Shown: positions 39,572 to 50,295 of the stretch, piece by piece
Layout of the letters: each line of letters starts with the position of its first letter
Numbering within the stretch: the first letter of the stretch is position 1
Origin: Macrostomum hystrix
Lineage: Eukaryota > Animalia > Platyhelminthes
Direction: 5' to 3'
Assembly (NCBI GenBank): GCA_950097015.1
Contig: CATNEN010000003.1
Span: 9,796,001 to 9,860,000 of the forward strand
Length of the DNA: 64,000 bases
Program-made: the position numbers and the translations under genes
Notes under the pieces: model-generated
What the model was told of the DNA's origin: nothing
What the model saw: the letters and a program-made list of their open reading frames with translations, nothing else
Databases searched by the model: none

Positions 39572-39737
39572 CCGCTCGGAGCCGCACTGCCTGCGGCTCT
39601 GTGAGCAGCGCTGGGAGTGTCGGGCGGCCCTGTTCAACCGTGTCAGCGGTGCCTGTCGCATGCTGGACTTCACCGACGCCAGAGTTGGTGACGTCATCGT
39701 GAACGACAAAATCTGGGTAGAGTACATTAAGAAGAAC
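39572..39737 (+). pseudogene. PAN-domain-only fragment of the lectin-PAN family
   Basis: SEPHCLRLCEQRWECRAALFNRVSGACRMLDFTDARVGDVI. Confidence 0.85.
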
Positions 39738-42369
39738 TCAACAGTCAACTCAGTGCTGAATGAAAATGTATCCAATCTACATGATTTAATTAAAAGTAAC
39801 TATTTGCAAGAGCTAGCTTTCGAGCATTAAAGGACAAAAATACGACAGTATATTCCCACTAAGCTAGCTTATTTTCAGAATACTGTTTAAGTTATGTAAT
39901 AGGCCTCTAAAATATTAATTCTCTACAAGTTAAATTTACGCAATTTTCCGAGTAAATTTGTTAGAATTGTAAAATAATTCTCAATAATAGTTTTTTAAAT
40001 AAGCACTGTCCAATATATATTTTGTAATAAAATTATGTTTATAATCGCAAATAAAATACTATATGAGCAGAGGGTTCTCAGAGAGGAAAATAACCCTCGT
40101 GTGCCTTCGGGACAACTTTCCTTACAAACAAGTGAACAAAATATACCAAAGGATTTAATAGTTTGTTCTTATTAGAATCTATACCTGAACAGAGTGTTCA
40201 GAGAAGGAGAAAGATTTACCTGAACAATAAAGTTCAGAGGATATATAAACAGTTGACCTGAATAGGATATTCAGAGGATAACCAGAGTAATTCCCGAAGA
40301 AGTACTTTCGGAGAGTAATACCCGAATTTTTTAGTCCATTCATAGGTGTATAAGGGCCTATCGTGTGACCCTTTAATCCACAGGTACCCCTGACGGATTG
40401 AGTGCATAACCTGTGCCAAAAACCTCTCAGGCCACGTATACCCGTACAAAGAGAGAAAGAGAGAGAAGCGCTACCCTAGAGAAATAAAAGTACATTTAGT
40501 TGTAAAAAATAAGGAATATCTTCGAACATTCCTCTGATAGCAGTCCCTAATTCTGCTTGTTGGCAGCGCTACTAGTAACGTGAGTAATAGTAACCAAAAG
40601 GTAGAATTGGTATTAATGAGAGTAGAGACAGTAATTGTGAGAGTGTAACATTACAGTAGAGAATATTAAAGGGAGAGCCCTGTAGCAACTTTGGTAACAG
40701 CGGTGGGATTTTAAATATAAGAAATATAGCCCTACAACAGTTAGATAGATATATTAACTACACCTAGCCCATTGTGCATTTCAACTCGATGTTCAGCTAG
40801 TGGTAAGTAGTACAGCCACATTTTTGCACGGGACCCACAACGGCTGTAAACATTCCAGTACTTGGACTGGGAAAGCAGCAATAGCTATAGCGCTTCAAGT
40901 TTGGTGTTCCTCTTCTTCTTCACTCGTAGTTTTCCTATACTTTGTCTAGCGGTTTATTGCAGTCTAAAAGTCTTGAAGGCTATAACTCCTAACGACTATC
41001 GATACTCAGTATACCGGCTGGCAGTGGTGATCTCTCTAGATCGTTATCACTGATTCTACTTAAGAAAGAACGCAAACACAGTGATTTTCTAAACGGAGCT
41101 CAAAGTGAGTCTCTAACTAACCGGAGCGGCGAATCTTTTTCCGCGCTCTGCACCAATATATATAATGTCTTTAAAACCCTCGATCCGAGGGGAAGAAAAT
41201 ACCATAGCAACAGTACGCATGAGAATTTGGGGTGAGTGAGGTCGCAGCCTCGAGTCTAGTACAGTTATTTTCATTAGACTAGTTGGTTAGCAGGCACGCC
41301 AACCCATTTTCTATGGGAGGTGGGGAAAAGTCCTGAAAATACCTTAGTTGAGTTAGGATGCGTTCCCACTTCTACGGAGACCTCTTTCCTACTGTTCATT
41401 ATCCCCTTTCCTTTCATCGATCCCGTCTTCTTGTGCGGTCCCGTCCTCCTCCAGATCTCGTTCCCGATCGGGTCCGGGCGGCTCCCAATTCGGGCTGGGC
41501 TGGGTCGATGCCGGCAGCAGCGGGTCGGGACAGGCCGGGTTGATTCCGGCAGCGCCACGTCAGCGCAGCTGCAGGTCCGGTCTCGGGCCATTCCACGTCA
41601 GCATAGCTGCGGGTCCGGTCTCAGGCAGTTCCACGTCAGCCCCGCTGCTGATCCGGTTTCAGGAAGCTCCACGTCGGCACAGCTGCTGTCATGCCGAACC
41701 GGGTTTGTGCTGAAATGATTAAGTGATCTCGGGGCGGGTTTTGTCTAATCTTTCTCCTGTCAGTTGCTCGCCCTCTCTGCTGCTGCTATTTTTAGCTTTT
41801 AGTTTTCTGCTAACGAACTCTTAAATTCCCTTCAGATTTCTACGTCTTATAATAGCCTCTGTTGCGGGCTCGTGTAGGAGAACTCAAGGAAGAATTCAAT
41901 TATAAACATAATATTACGCAGAAAAGTTTAGTGCAGGATTTCCGAAACTTTTGAGGCTAGGAAATAGCTTGTACACCCAATAAGATACACTCAAAGAAAT
42001 TAAGAGAGACAGCCCCAATTCGCATGTCAAAGCGAGTTGTAGAAGCGAATAAATGTGCTAAATGTTTTCACAAACGGCTGTTAGCTACAATGAGTTAGAC
42101 CCAATTCTGCACTCAAAATAGATCTTACGAGTACATCTTAAATCAAGCAGGATAGATTAAGGCAAAATATGGACATTACGTTTTTTATCTGTAAAAAATG
42201 AATCGGGTGAAACAAAAACTTACATCCAATACGGGCACATGTCTCAAATTATTTAAGTTTATTTTTTATCGTCTGTACTGAGCTCAGTTGGTTAAATACC
42301 ATATTATTTTTTGTTGCGAATCTGGATTTACGTTTGAATACTATAAACAGCACCGCTAGTAACAGGTTG

Positions 42370-42489
42370 AGCCACCCTGTTCAACCGTGTCAGCGGCGCC
42401 TGTCGCATGCTGGACTTCGGCGACTACAGCGTTGATGACGTCATCGAGACTGACCCGAACTGGGTCAAGTATACGTCAAGAAGTACTGA
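42370..42489 (+). pseudogene. 3'-terminal fragment of the lectin-PAN family
   Basis: ccctgttcaaccgtgtcagcggcgcctgtcgcatgctggacttc...gtcaagaagtactga with a 2-nt insertion, plus the shared 3' flank gcagtcaagag. Confidence 0.85.
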
Positions 42490-44094
42490 GCAGTCAAGAG
42501 AGATTAGTTCGCACCGACAGAATCCAATATGAGACCGACTAAGCGGTGCAGAGTTTGCTCTGGGAATGGGTCAGCCAAGGAGATCTGGATCTAGAAACTG
42601 GAGAGACAACTCAATGACTCATCCATCAAGCAGGACAGACCTGCAGGCAAAGATCGACACTTGCTGAGTACATCAAGAGCTAAAGTGCAGCAGGCAGTTT
42701 CATCCCACGTGACAAGTTTATATTACGTATTAAAATACGAGATAAAATAATACATAAAGATTAACACTGACACTCTAAACATGTCTCAGTACTCAATGTG
42801 GGTCAGATACTCGTAGATGATAGATCAATACTTCAAAATACTCGTAGAAATACAAAAGCAGCATTTTATTTTCAATCAATTGAAATGAAACAATAAAACA
42901 AAAAATACACCTAAGAAGGGCAAATGTCTCAGGCTTATCAGGCTTACTTTTGAATATGTTTGAGCTGAGCATCAGTTGGTTAGATACCGTCACGTTTGTC
43001 GGGCATCGGTTTTTACCTTTGAATCCTAAACAGCAATGTGCTGCTTCTTGCCTGTCAAGCTGCACCCTTGGCTCTACAGTAACTGTCGATTGAAGCTCAT
43101 AATTTGCTTAGTGAAGCCCATGAAAAACAGAACTAGCGTTGATGATCCAGTAAAAATACTTTCTGTATACTTAAATAATAGTGTGAGCTAGATTTTGGTA
43201 GTAGACTTTGACAGGTTAAAAAGCATAGCGTCAATTTACTGTCGCCCGTCACATCCTCGTTAGTGCATCAAAGCAGAGGCTTATACTACATGTTGGTTTG
43301 ATACAGCTCCATTAACAAGCGTCGATCACGCAGCATTTTAGCTTCGTTTCTATCGTGTTACGAAAAAAAGCAAAAACGGACAGACCGTTTTCCGCCGCCA
43401 GAAACTGCCTTGTAAAGTGATGCAACAAAACTAGCAGAAGCTGTGCAGAGTTAAGGCTCTTAACTGCAAAGGACCACAAACAGCTTTAGAGTAAAATCGG
43501 AATCAATCCACACCGTAAGGTCGTATATGTCTGACGCTTGAATGAAAAGGTAACAACTCGACGTACTTTTTTTCAAGAAAACATTGAGACAATGTTCGGT
43601 GAAATTTGAAAACCGAGTAGGCACTTTGCCCATTCCTGGAACCCCTGAGAACACTGGAACATGGAGACACACGAAGGCCACATTCACAAAAGTAAGCACA
43701 TCTTCCACCATAATCAGGCTGTGCTAACTCTCACTGTGTACTCTGGAACCTTAAGCCTTCTCTTCACAGCTGCGCCACACAAATTACCGCAGCATTCTCA
43801 AGATCTGCTATCTGCGTCTGCAGCTCACGCTCCAGAGACTAACATGAGTAAACTGTTGCGTGTACTCACCAGGCAAGCAGATATCACTGAGAAACTCATT
43901 AAACGGTAGTTTGTTGCTGCCCAGCTGTGCTTCACAAACCATTGGGTGCTTCTTCGGTTGCGAGAACAACTTTACCGAGCATTGTAGCAGATGCAACAGC
44001 TTAGAACGGGTTTTATTGGCTCATTGGCTATTGGTGGTAGCAACAATATAAAATGTTATCGCCAATAGAATACTTAGTGCATGTTTTGCATGCG

Positions 44095-44805
44095 ATGGCG
44101 GCTAAACTACAGCTTTCTCATCTAACACTGATTGTGACGCTAATTGCCACAGCTTCAGGACAGTGCGTCAGTCCATTCATTGACAGGCTCGGTAGCTGCG
44201 TCTACATCGGCAACGATCCGACTGTCTCGAGCTGGTGCGACGCAGCCAGACGGTGTAAGGATATCGGCGGGGAGCTGCTGATGGACCTGACTGCCATCCG
44301 AGCTGTGAACCACTGGAACACGGTCTCCTTCATCGGAGTGACGGACCTACTGATTGAGGCTGGGGAGTCACGAAGAGGTTGGAGATTCGCCAACGGGTCC
44401 CTGTTTCCTGTTCTCAGAAACAGCGACTGGATGCGCGGCCGCCCAGACGGCAGTAGAAACGACGATGACTTTCTCGTGGTGAGTGAAGAGGGTTTGCGAG
44501 ACAGATCTACTAATGCTCAGGACAAGAGATTTGTGTGCCAGCCGATGGCGACACCGAACAGCCAGTATTTAAAAAAGACTGAGTTCCTGAAGCTGGGCAA
44601 CATCAGTCCAGTCTACTGCTTCACTGACGAATTTGCAAGCTCGGAGCTGCACTGCCTGTGGCTCTGTGTGCATCGCTGGGAGTGTCGAGCCGCCCTGTTC
44701 AACCGTGTCAGCGGTGCCTGTCGCATGCTGGACTTCACTGACGCCAGCGTTGGTAACGCCATTGAGACCGACCCGAACTGGGTGAAGTTCGTCAAGACGT
44801 ACTGA
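44095..44805 (+). CDS. Secreted C-type lectin-like + PAN/Apple protein, copy E
   Basis: Intact paralog, MAAKLQLSHLTLIVTLIATASG-QCVSPF... Confidence 0.88.
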   Translation: MAAKLQLSHLTLIVTLIATASGQCVSPFIDRLGSCVYIGNDPTVSSWCDAARRCKDIGGELLMDLTAIRAVNHWNTVSFIGVTDLLIEAGESRRGWRFANGSLFPVLRNSDWMRGRPDGSRNDDDFLVVSEEGLRDRSTNAQDKRFVCQPMATPNSQYLKKTEFLKLGNISPVYCFTDEFASSELHCLWLCVHRWECRAALFNRVSGACRMLDFTDASVGNAIETDPNWVKFVKTY

Positions 44806-44821
44806 GCAGTCACGAGAAATG

Positions 44822-45522
44822 ATGCGGCCCAGATGCGGCCCTCGAAGCTCCCAAATCCAGCCCTTTGTCCCTTTCAACATTATATAGTATATGGTCTCAC
44901 TCTCCCGTGTCTCATCTTCCCCTGTCTCATCTCTCCCCTGTCTCATCTTCCCCTGTCTCATCTCTCCCCTGTCTCATCTCTCCCCTGTCTCATCTCTCCC
45001 CTGTCTCATCTCTCCCCTGTCTCATCTCTCCCCTGTCTCATCTCTCCCCTGTCTCATCTCTCCCCTGTCTCATCTCTCCCCTGTCTCATCTCTCCCCTGT
45101 CTCATCTCTCCCCTGTCTCATCTCTCCCCTGTGTCATCTATCCCTTGTCGCATTTCTCCCGTTTCTCATCTCTTCTATGCCGCATCTATCATCTATCATC
45201 GATTCCATCTTATCTATCCCGTGTCTCTTCTCTCCCCTGTCTCATCTATCCCGTCTCATCTCTCCCTTGTCGCATTTCTCCCGTTTCTCATCTCTTCTAT
45301 GCCGCATCTATCATCTATCATCGATTCCATCTTATCTATCCCGTGTCTCTTCTCTCCCCTGTCTCATCTATCCCGTCTCATCTCTCCCTTGTCTCATCTC
45401 TCCCGTCTACAATTTCTCTTTCTCATCTCTCCCCTGTCTTATATTCCTACAGTCCATGTGGCCCTCTGTGGTCTTTCAGGTTCTCTCCGTAGCCCGCAAG
45501 CTAATAAGTTTGCCGACCCCTG
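44822..45522 (+). mobile_element. hAT/Charlie-type MITE lacking its left TIR, with an internal 16-bp minisatellite
   Basis: ggcccagatgcggccctc, a (tctcccctgtctcatc)n array, and right TIR AGTTTGCCGACCCCTG, the reverse complement of the 36811 TIR. Confidence 0.85.
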
Positions 45523-45719
45523 ATATAGACTGTCTATCGCTCAAATCAGTCTATCTAGTATTTTTACAGTATCGTTTTCCAAATACGAGCTTCACTCAAT
45601 TTTTAACCTGCTATATCTACTACTATACAGCTCTACGCCTTTAAAACTGAAACGGAAACATCTTTCTTTTGTGTATCAAGACTGATTTAATTAGTGTTTT
45701 CCGATCCCGATCTGTTGAA

Positions 45720-46430
45720 TGCCTTCAAGACAAGTAGCACGGACGGCAACTTTCATGTGGACGCTGTTGTCATCACCAGGATTCCTTGAAGATCAGGCCG
45801 TTTTTAGGCATTGTGTATGACATTTACCGAACCAACTTCTGCCCGAATCAGGACGTTTTAGTCGATAAAGACTTAATAATGTGCAAAGGCAGTTCAAGCC
45901 CAAGAAGAGCGCTAGATTTGGCATAAAGTTCTACTGTCTTACAGGGGCTTTCATCAGATTTCTGTGAACATTCTTCAATCGGACCTAGAATGAATTGCTG
46001 AAATTTATCTTTCAGTGAGAGGATTTTTGTCGAGCTGAGCAAAGACTGGCTGGACTTGGGCTAAAGGATTTATTGAGTCGGCTGGTTCACGTCGCTTCGC
46101 CTGGTTCAGTTTATGCTCGAACGTAATCGCATTATAACGGGACGCTGAGGGTCGACCGAGGCATCGATAACGAGCTAAAGATGCTCACACTTACAACCCT
46201 TGAGAGTCACTATAACATGCGCCCGAGTGATGTTTTTGCCGTCAAGCTGGTTGACAGAAAGGCCAGCGGTCGCAAAACTATGCACCTTTCGGACACCAAC
46301 AGCGTGCTGGAAGTACAGAAGTAAGGCGAGTCATTCGAGGTTGTGTGATCGAGGGGCAGGTGGCATCAGAAGGTCGGATTTGATATTTTGCTTCAGTTGG
46401 TGCGCAATGGAAGGATATGTTACTGCCAAC
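45720..46430 (+). mobile_element. Degraded piggyBac-like transposase remnant
   Basis: Hand translation gives QFKPKKSARFGIKFYCL (~45891) and GWFTSLRLVQFML (~46080), matching piggyBac P.KP.KYGIK and DNWFTS motifs; frameshifted. Confidence 0.65.
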
Positions 46431-46872
46431 ATAGCAACAATGTGCTGCTTCTTGCCTATCAAGCTGCACTCCTTGGCTCTACAGTAACTTTCGATTGAAG
46501 CTCGTATTTGGCTCAGTGAAGACAATTAGCGTTGATGACGTCATCCAGTAAAAATATTTTCTGAGTACTTAAATAACCGTGCGAGCTAGATTTTGATAGA
46601 AATGGTTTGACGGGTCAAAAATGTAGCGTCAATTTACTGTCGCCCGTCACATCCTCGTTTGTGCATCAAAGCAGAGGCTTATATTACATGTTGGGTTGAT
46701 ATGACTTCATTAAGACGTGTTGATCACGCAGCGTTTTTGCTTCGTTTCACAAATCATGCTACAGACGGAGAGAAAAAAGGGTTTAACTGATATACTTTTC
46801 CGCTTGCAGACAGACGGATCGATTTTCGCCATAAGAAATTTCTTCGTAGAGTGCTGCGATTGCATCAAGGCG

Positions 46873-47453
46873 ACAAAAACTATGCATCTATCTGTAGTAT
46901 CATAGTAACAAGTGTCTGAATACAAAAACTATGCATCTATCTGTAGTATCATAGTAACAAGTGTCTGAATACAAAAACTATGCATCTATCTGTAGTATCA
47001 TAGTAACAAGTGTCTGAATACAAAAACTATGCATCTATCTGTAGTATCATAGTAACAAGTGTCTGAATACAAAAACTATGCATCTATCTGTAGTATCATA
47101 GTAACAAGTGTCTGAATACAAAAACTATGCATCTATCTGTAGTATCATAGTAACAAGTGTCTGAATACAAAAACTATGCATCTATCTGTAGTATCATAGT
47201 AACAAGTGTCTGAATACAAAAACTATGCATCTATCTGTAGTATCATAGTAACAAGTGTCTGAATACAAAAACTATGCATCTATCTGTAGTATCATAGTAA
47301 CAAGTGTCTGAATACAAAAACTATGCATCTATCTGTAGTATCATAGTAACAAGTGTCTGAATACAAAAACTATGCATCTATCTGTAGTATCATAGTAACA
47401 AGTGTCTGAATACAAAAACTATGCATCTATCTGTAGTATCATAGTAACAAGTG
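46873..47453. repeat. Perfect 49-bp tandem repeat, about 11.8 copies
   Basis: aaaactatgcatctatctgtagtatcatagtaacaagtgtctgaataca, no variants seen. Confidence 0.97.
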
Positions 47454-49584
47454 ATGTGCTGTAGACTGCTGAGCAGCCTCCAGGCAATCTGTGAGTCAGG
47501 CTGTTCTAGGTCTGTGGGAGGGCTAGGGGTTGGTAGTTAGTGTTTCCCGTGCACTGTCACTTCCGCTCGCCACCCCCCTCCTCTCTCGTTCTCTCTTTCC
47601 AGCTCTGTCTGCGCACTAAGTCACATTGCACACCATTGTGCAATCGCTTAAGTTCGGAAGAAGACTGGCATAACAACGCTCAAATGCTCCTACTATGAGT
47701 AGAGCACAGTCCGACGAATTCTTGAGATGGTGTTAGTGCCGTGGTAAACACAACTTCTGTACGAATATGCACGTTTCTTGTCTCCAGTCTTCATTCCGTT
47801 TTGCGACACTTACGTCTTGCATCCCTTGCAACTCTTGCATTGTTGGTGTCCACGTTTGCGAGCTAAACTACTGCTAACTTATAGTGAAGTTAGACCGTGT
47901 ACTGCGTTTCGAAGCAGAGTACATCGTCAGATTTCAGAGCAGAACTAGGTTGCAAGAATCATTGTTTGATTCAAGGCAAGACCGAGAAAACTAGGTAAAT
48001 CTAGCCTGACTACCGGGTTGTCCACTGCTACGAAGCATTCAGTGTTGAGGCCGGTAAAATCTCTCTCTCTCGGAATCTGGTTCCTGTCTTGGTTATTTGC
48101 CAATTGTGTGTGCCACGCTACCACAGGTACAACACAAGTGTCTGAATACAAAAACTTCAGAGCGACCATAATCAGTATTTTAATTGTAAATGATATCACA
48201 CTAATGGTAAAACAAAATATATTGTTACACTGACCTAATTACGTCAGATGTGCAGCCAACATCACAGCTGTAGCTATTGCTGATCAGCCCATCGACTTAA
48301 GGGCGCCACACCCACCTAGAATTACCCAGCTATTGCTGATTACAATTTAACAGCTGGGTGAACTGAACCAGTGCAGAATTAAGAGTCGTAATTGCAAAAT
48401 ACACATTAAGCTTCGATTTATTCCGGAATCTAGCTACTAACAATGGGAGAGGAATTTACTGCTGCTGGCACGAGGGCTAAGGTCACTGGTCTGGGGCACA
48501 CAGTCCGTGCGGCGTATCAGGATTGATCAAAGTTGCCTGGTGAAAGTCCTTCGCATTCTCACTTCCTTTCCTCTGTGGGGTCCGGGATTAGTACTCGTAC
48601 AGTTTCATTAGGGGATTAAGGCGGAGTTTTTGTGACTTCAGGGGCGTGTTTAAGGAACCTGATCAGGTGGACTTCGGGTAGACTTCAGGTGAACTTTTAG
48701 GTGGGATTCAGGGCAGTATATTTGGGTTTCATAGGGGTCATATAATAGGGTGGATTTGGGTGAAGAAGGCTGATAATAGGTGTTTGGGAGAGGATTGGGA
48801 AGGTAGAGGGATTTATCCGTTTATTCCTATTAGAAAATGACTAAGGAACTCGGTTTATTTGGTAGCGAGCACAATTCTGGAGCAGAACGGGGAAAATTGG
48901 TAGGAGGTGGATCGCTTCCAGGTTGCTGCAATTTATTTCTCTCTGTATTTTTACACCGAAATTGGGGTGGGTGTGTTTCATGCTTGAGTGCGCGCAAATA
49001 ACGAACGAAGAGTATTGCGTGAATATTACGATAAGTAGCTAGCGCGTGAGGAAGAAAAGTGGCGGGAATTAAAATAAGAGAAAGAGCCTAATTATTCGCT
49101 GCCTCAGTAAGAAGGCCACATTCACACAAGTGAGTACATCTTTCCCCATCGTCAGACAGTATAATCTCTCACTGTATACCACGAATTCGCCCATATGGAC
49201 TCAAGTTTCATCACAGGCCTCAAGCCTTCTCTCCACAGCTGCGCCCCACAAATTAAAGCAGCATTCTCAAGCTCAGGGACATCTGTTTAAGAGTCGGACG
49301 CTTTACTGCTCAATGCAGCTCATGTCCCTGTGACTAACATAAGTAAACTGTTGTGTGTACACAAAAGGCAAGCAGATATCACTGAGAAAATCATTAAACT
49401 GCAGTTTGTTTCAGTTGTGCTTCACAAACCATTGGGTGCTTCTTCGGTTGCGAGAATAACTATATCGAGCATTGTTGCAGTTGCAACGACCTAGAACGGC
49501 TTTTATTGGCTAATTGGCTATTGGTGGTAGCAACAGTATAAATTTTTATCATCGATAGAATACTCAGTGCATGTTTTGCATGCG

Positions 49585-50295
49585 ATGGCGGCTAAACTAC
49601 AGCTTTCTCATCTAACACTGATTGTGACGCTCATTGCCACAGCTTCAGGACAGTGCGTCAGTCCATTCATTGACAGGCTCGGTAGCTGCGTCTACATCGG
49701 CAACGATCCGACTGTCTCGAGCTGGTGCGACGCAGCCAGACGGTGTAAGGATATCGGCGGGGAGCTGCTGATGGACCTGACTGCCATCCGAGCTGTGAAC
49801 CACTGGATCCAATACTACTTCATCGGAGTGACGGACCTACTGGTTGAGGCTGGGAAGTCACGGAGTGGTTGGAGATTCGCCAACGGGTCCCTGTTTCCTG
49901 AGCTCAATGACACTGACTGGATGCCCGGCCGCCCAGATGGCAATGAAAACGACGATGACTTTCTCGTGGTGAGTGGACAAGGTTTGCGAGACAGGTCTAC
50001 TAATGCTCAGGACAAGAAATTTGTGTGCCAGCCGATGGCGACACCGAACAGCCAGTATTTAAAAAAGACTGAGTTCCTGAAGCTGGGCAACATCAGTCCA
50101 GTCTACTGCTTCACTGACGCCTCTACAAGCTCGGAGATGCACTGCCTGTGGCTCTGTGTGCGGCGCTGGGAGTGTCGAGCCGCCCTGTTCAATCGTGTCA
50201 GCAGCGCCTGTCGCATGCTGGACTTCGCCGACTCCAGCGTTGGTGACGTCATCGAGACTGACCCGAACTGGGTCAAGTTCGTCAAGAAGTACTGA
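49585..50295 (+). CDS. Secreted C-type lectin-like + PAN/Apple protein, copy F
   Basis: Intact paralog; the upstream ~470 bp and the N-terminus are shared with copy E. Confidence 0.88.
   Translation: MAAKLQLSHLTLIVTLIATASGQCVSPFIDRLGSCVYIGNDPTVSSWCDAARRCKDIGGELLMDLTAIRAVNHWIQYYFIGVTDLLVEAGKSRSGWRFANGSLFPELNDTDWMPGRPDGNENDDDFLVVSGQGLRDRSTNAQDKKFVCQPMATPNSQYLKKTEFLKLGNISPVYCFTDASTSSEMHCLWLCVRRWECRAALFNRVSSACRMLDFADSSVGDVIETDPNWVKFVKKY

Noticed and set aside
36811-45522. One 8.7-kb composite hAT element carrying lectin genes D and E
   Set aside because: The TIRs are correctly oriented but the flanks differ (gtctagaa versus atatagac), and each end has its own internal array; two broken copies is simpler
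36875-45644. Three-frame ORFs rich in SHLSRVSSLPCLISP
   Set aside because: A stop-free 16-bp repeat read in all frames; the same applies to 55167-56273 and 58286-58936
46873-47453. CRISPR-like array
   Set aside because: Head-to-tail repeats with no unique spacers, no cas genes, and a eukaryotic context; this holds for all arrays here
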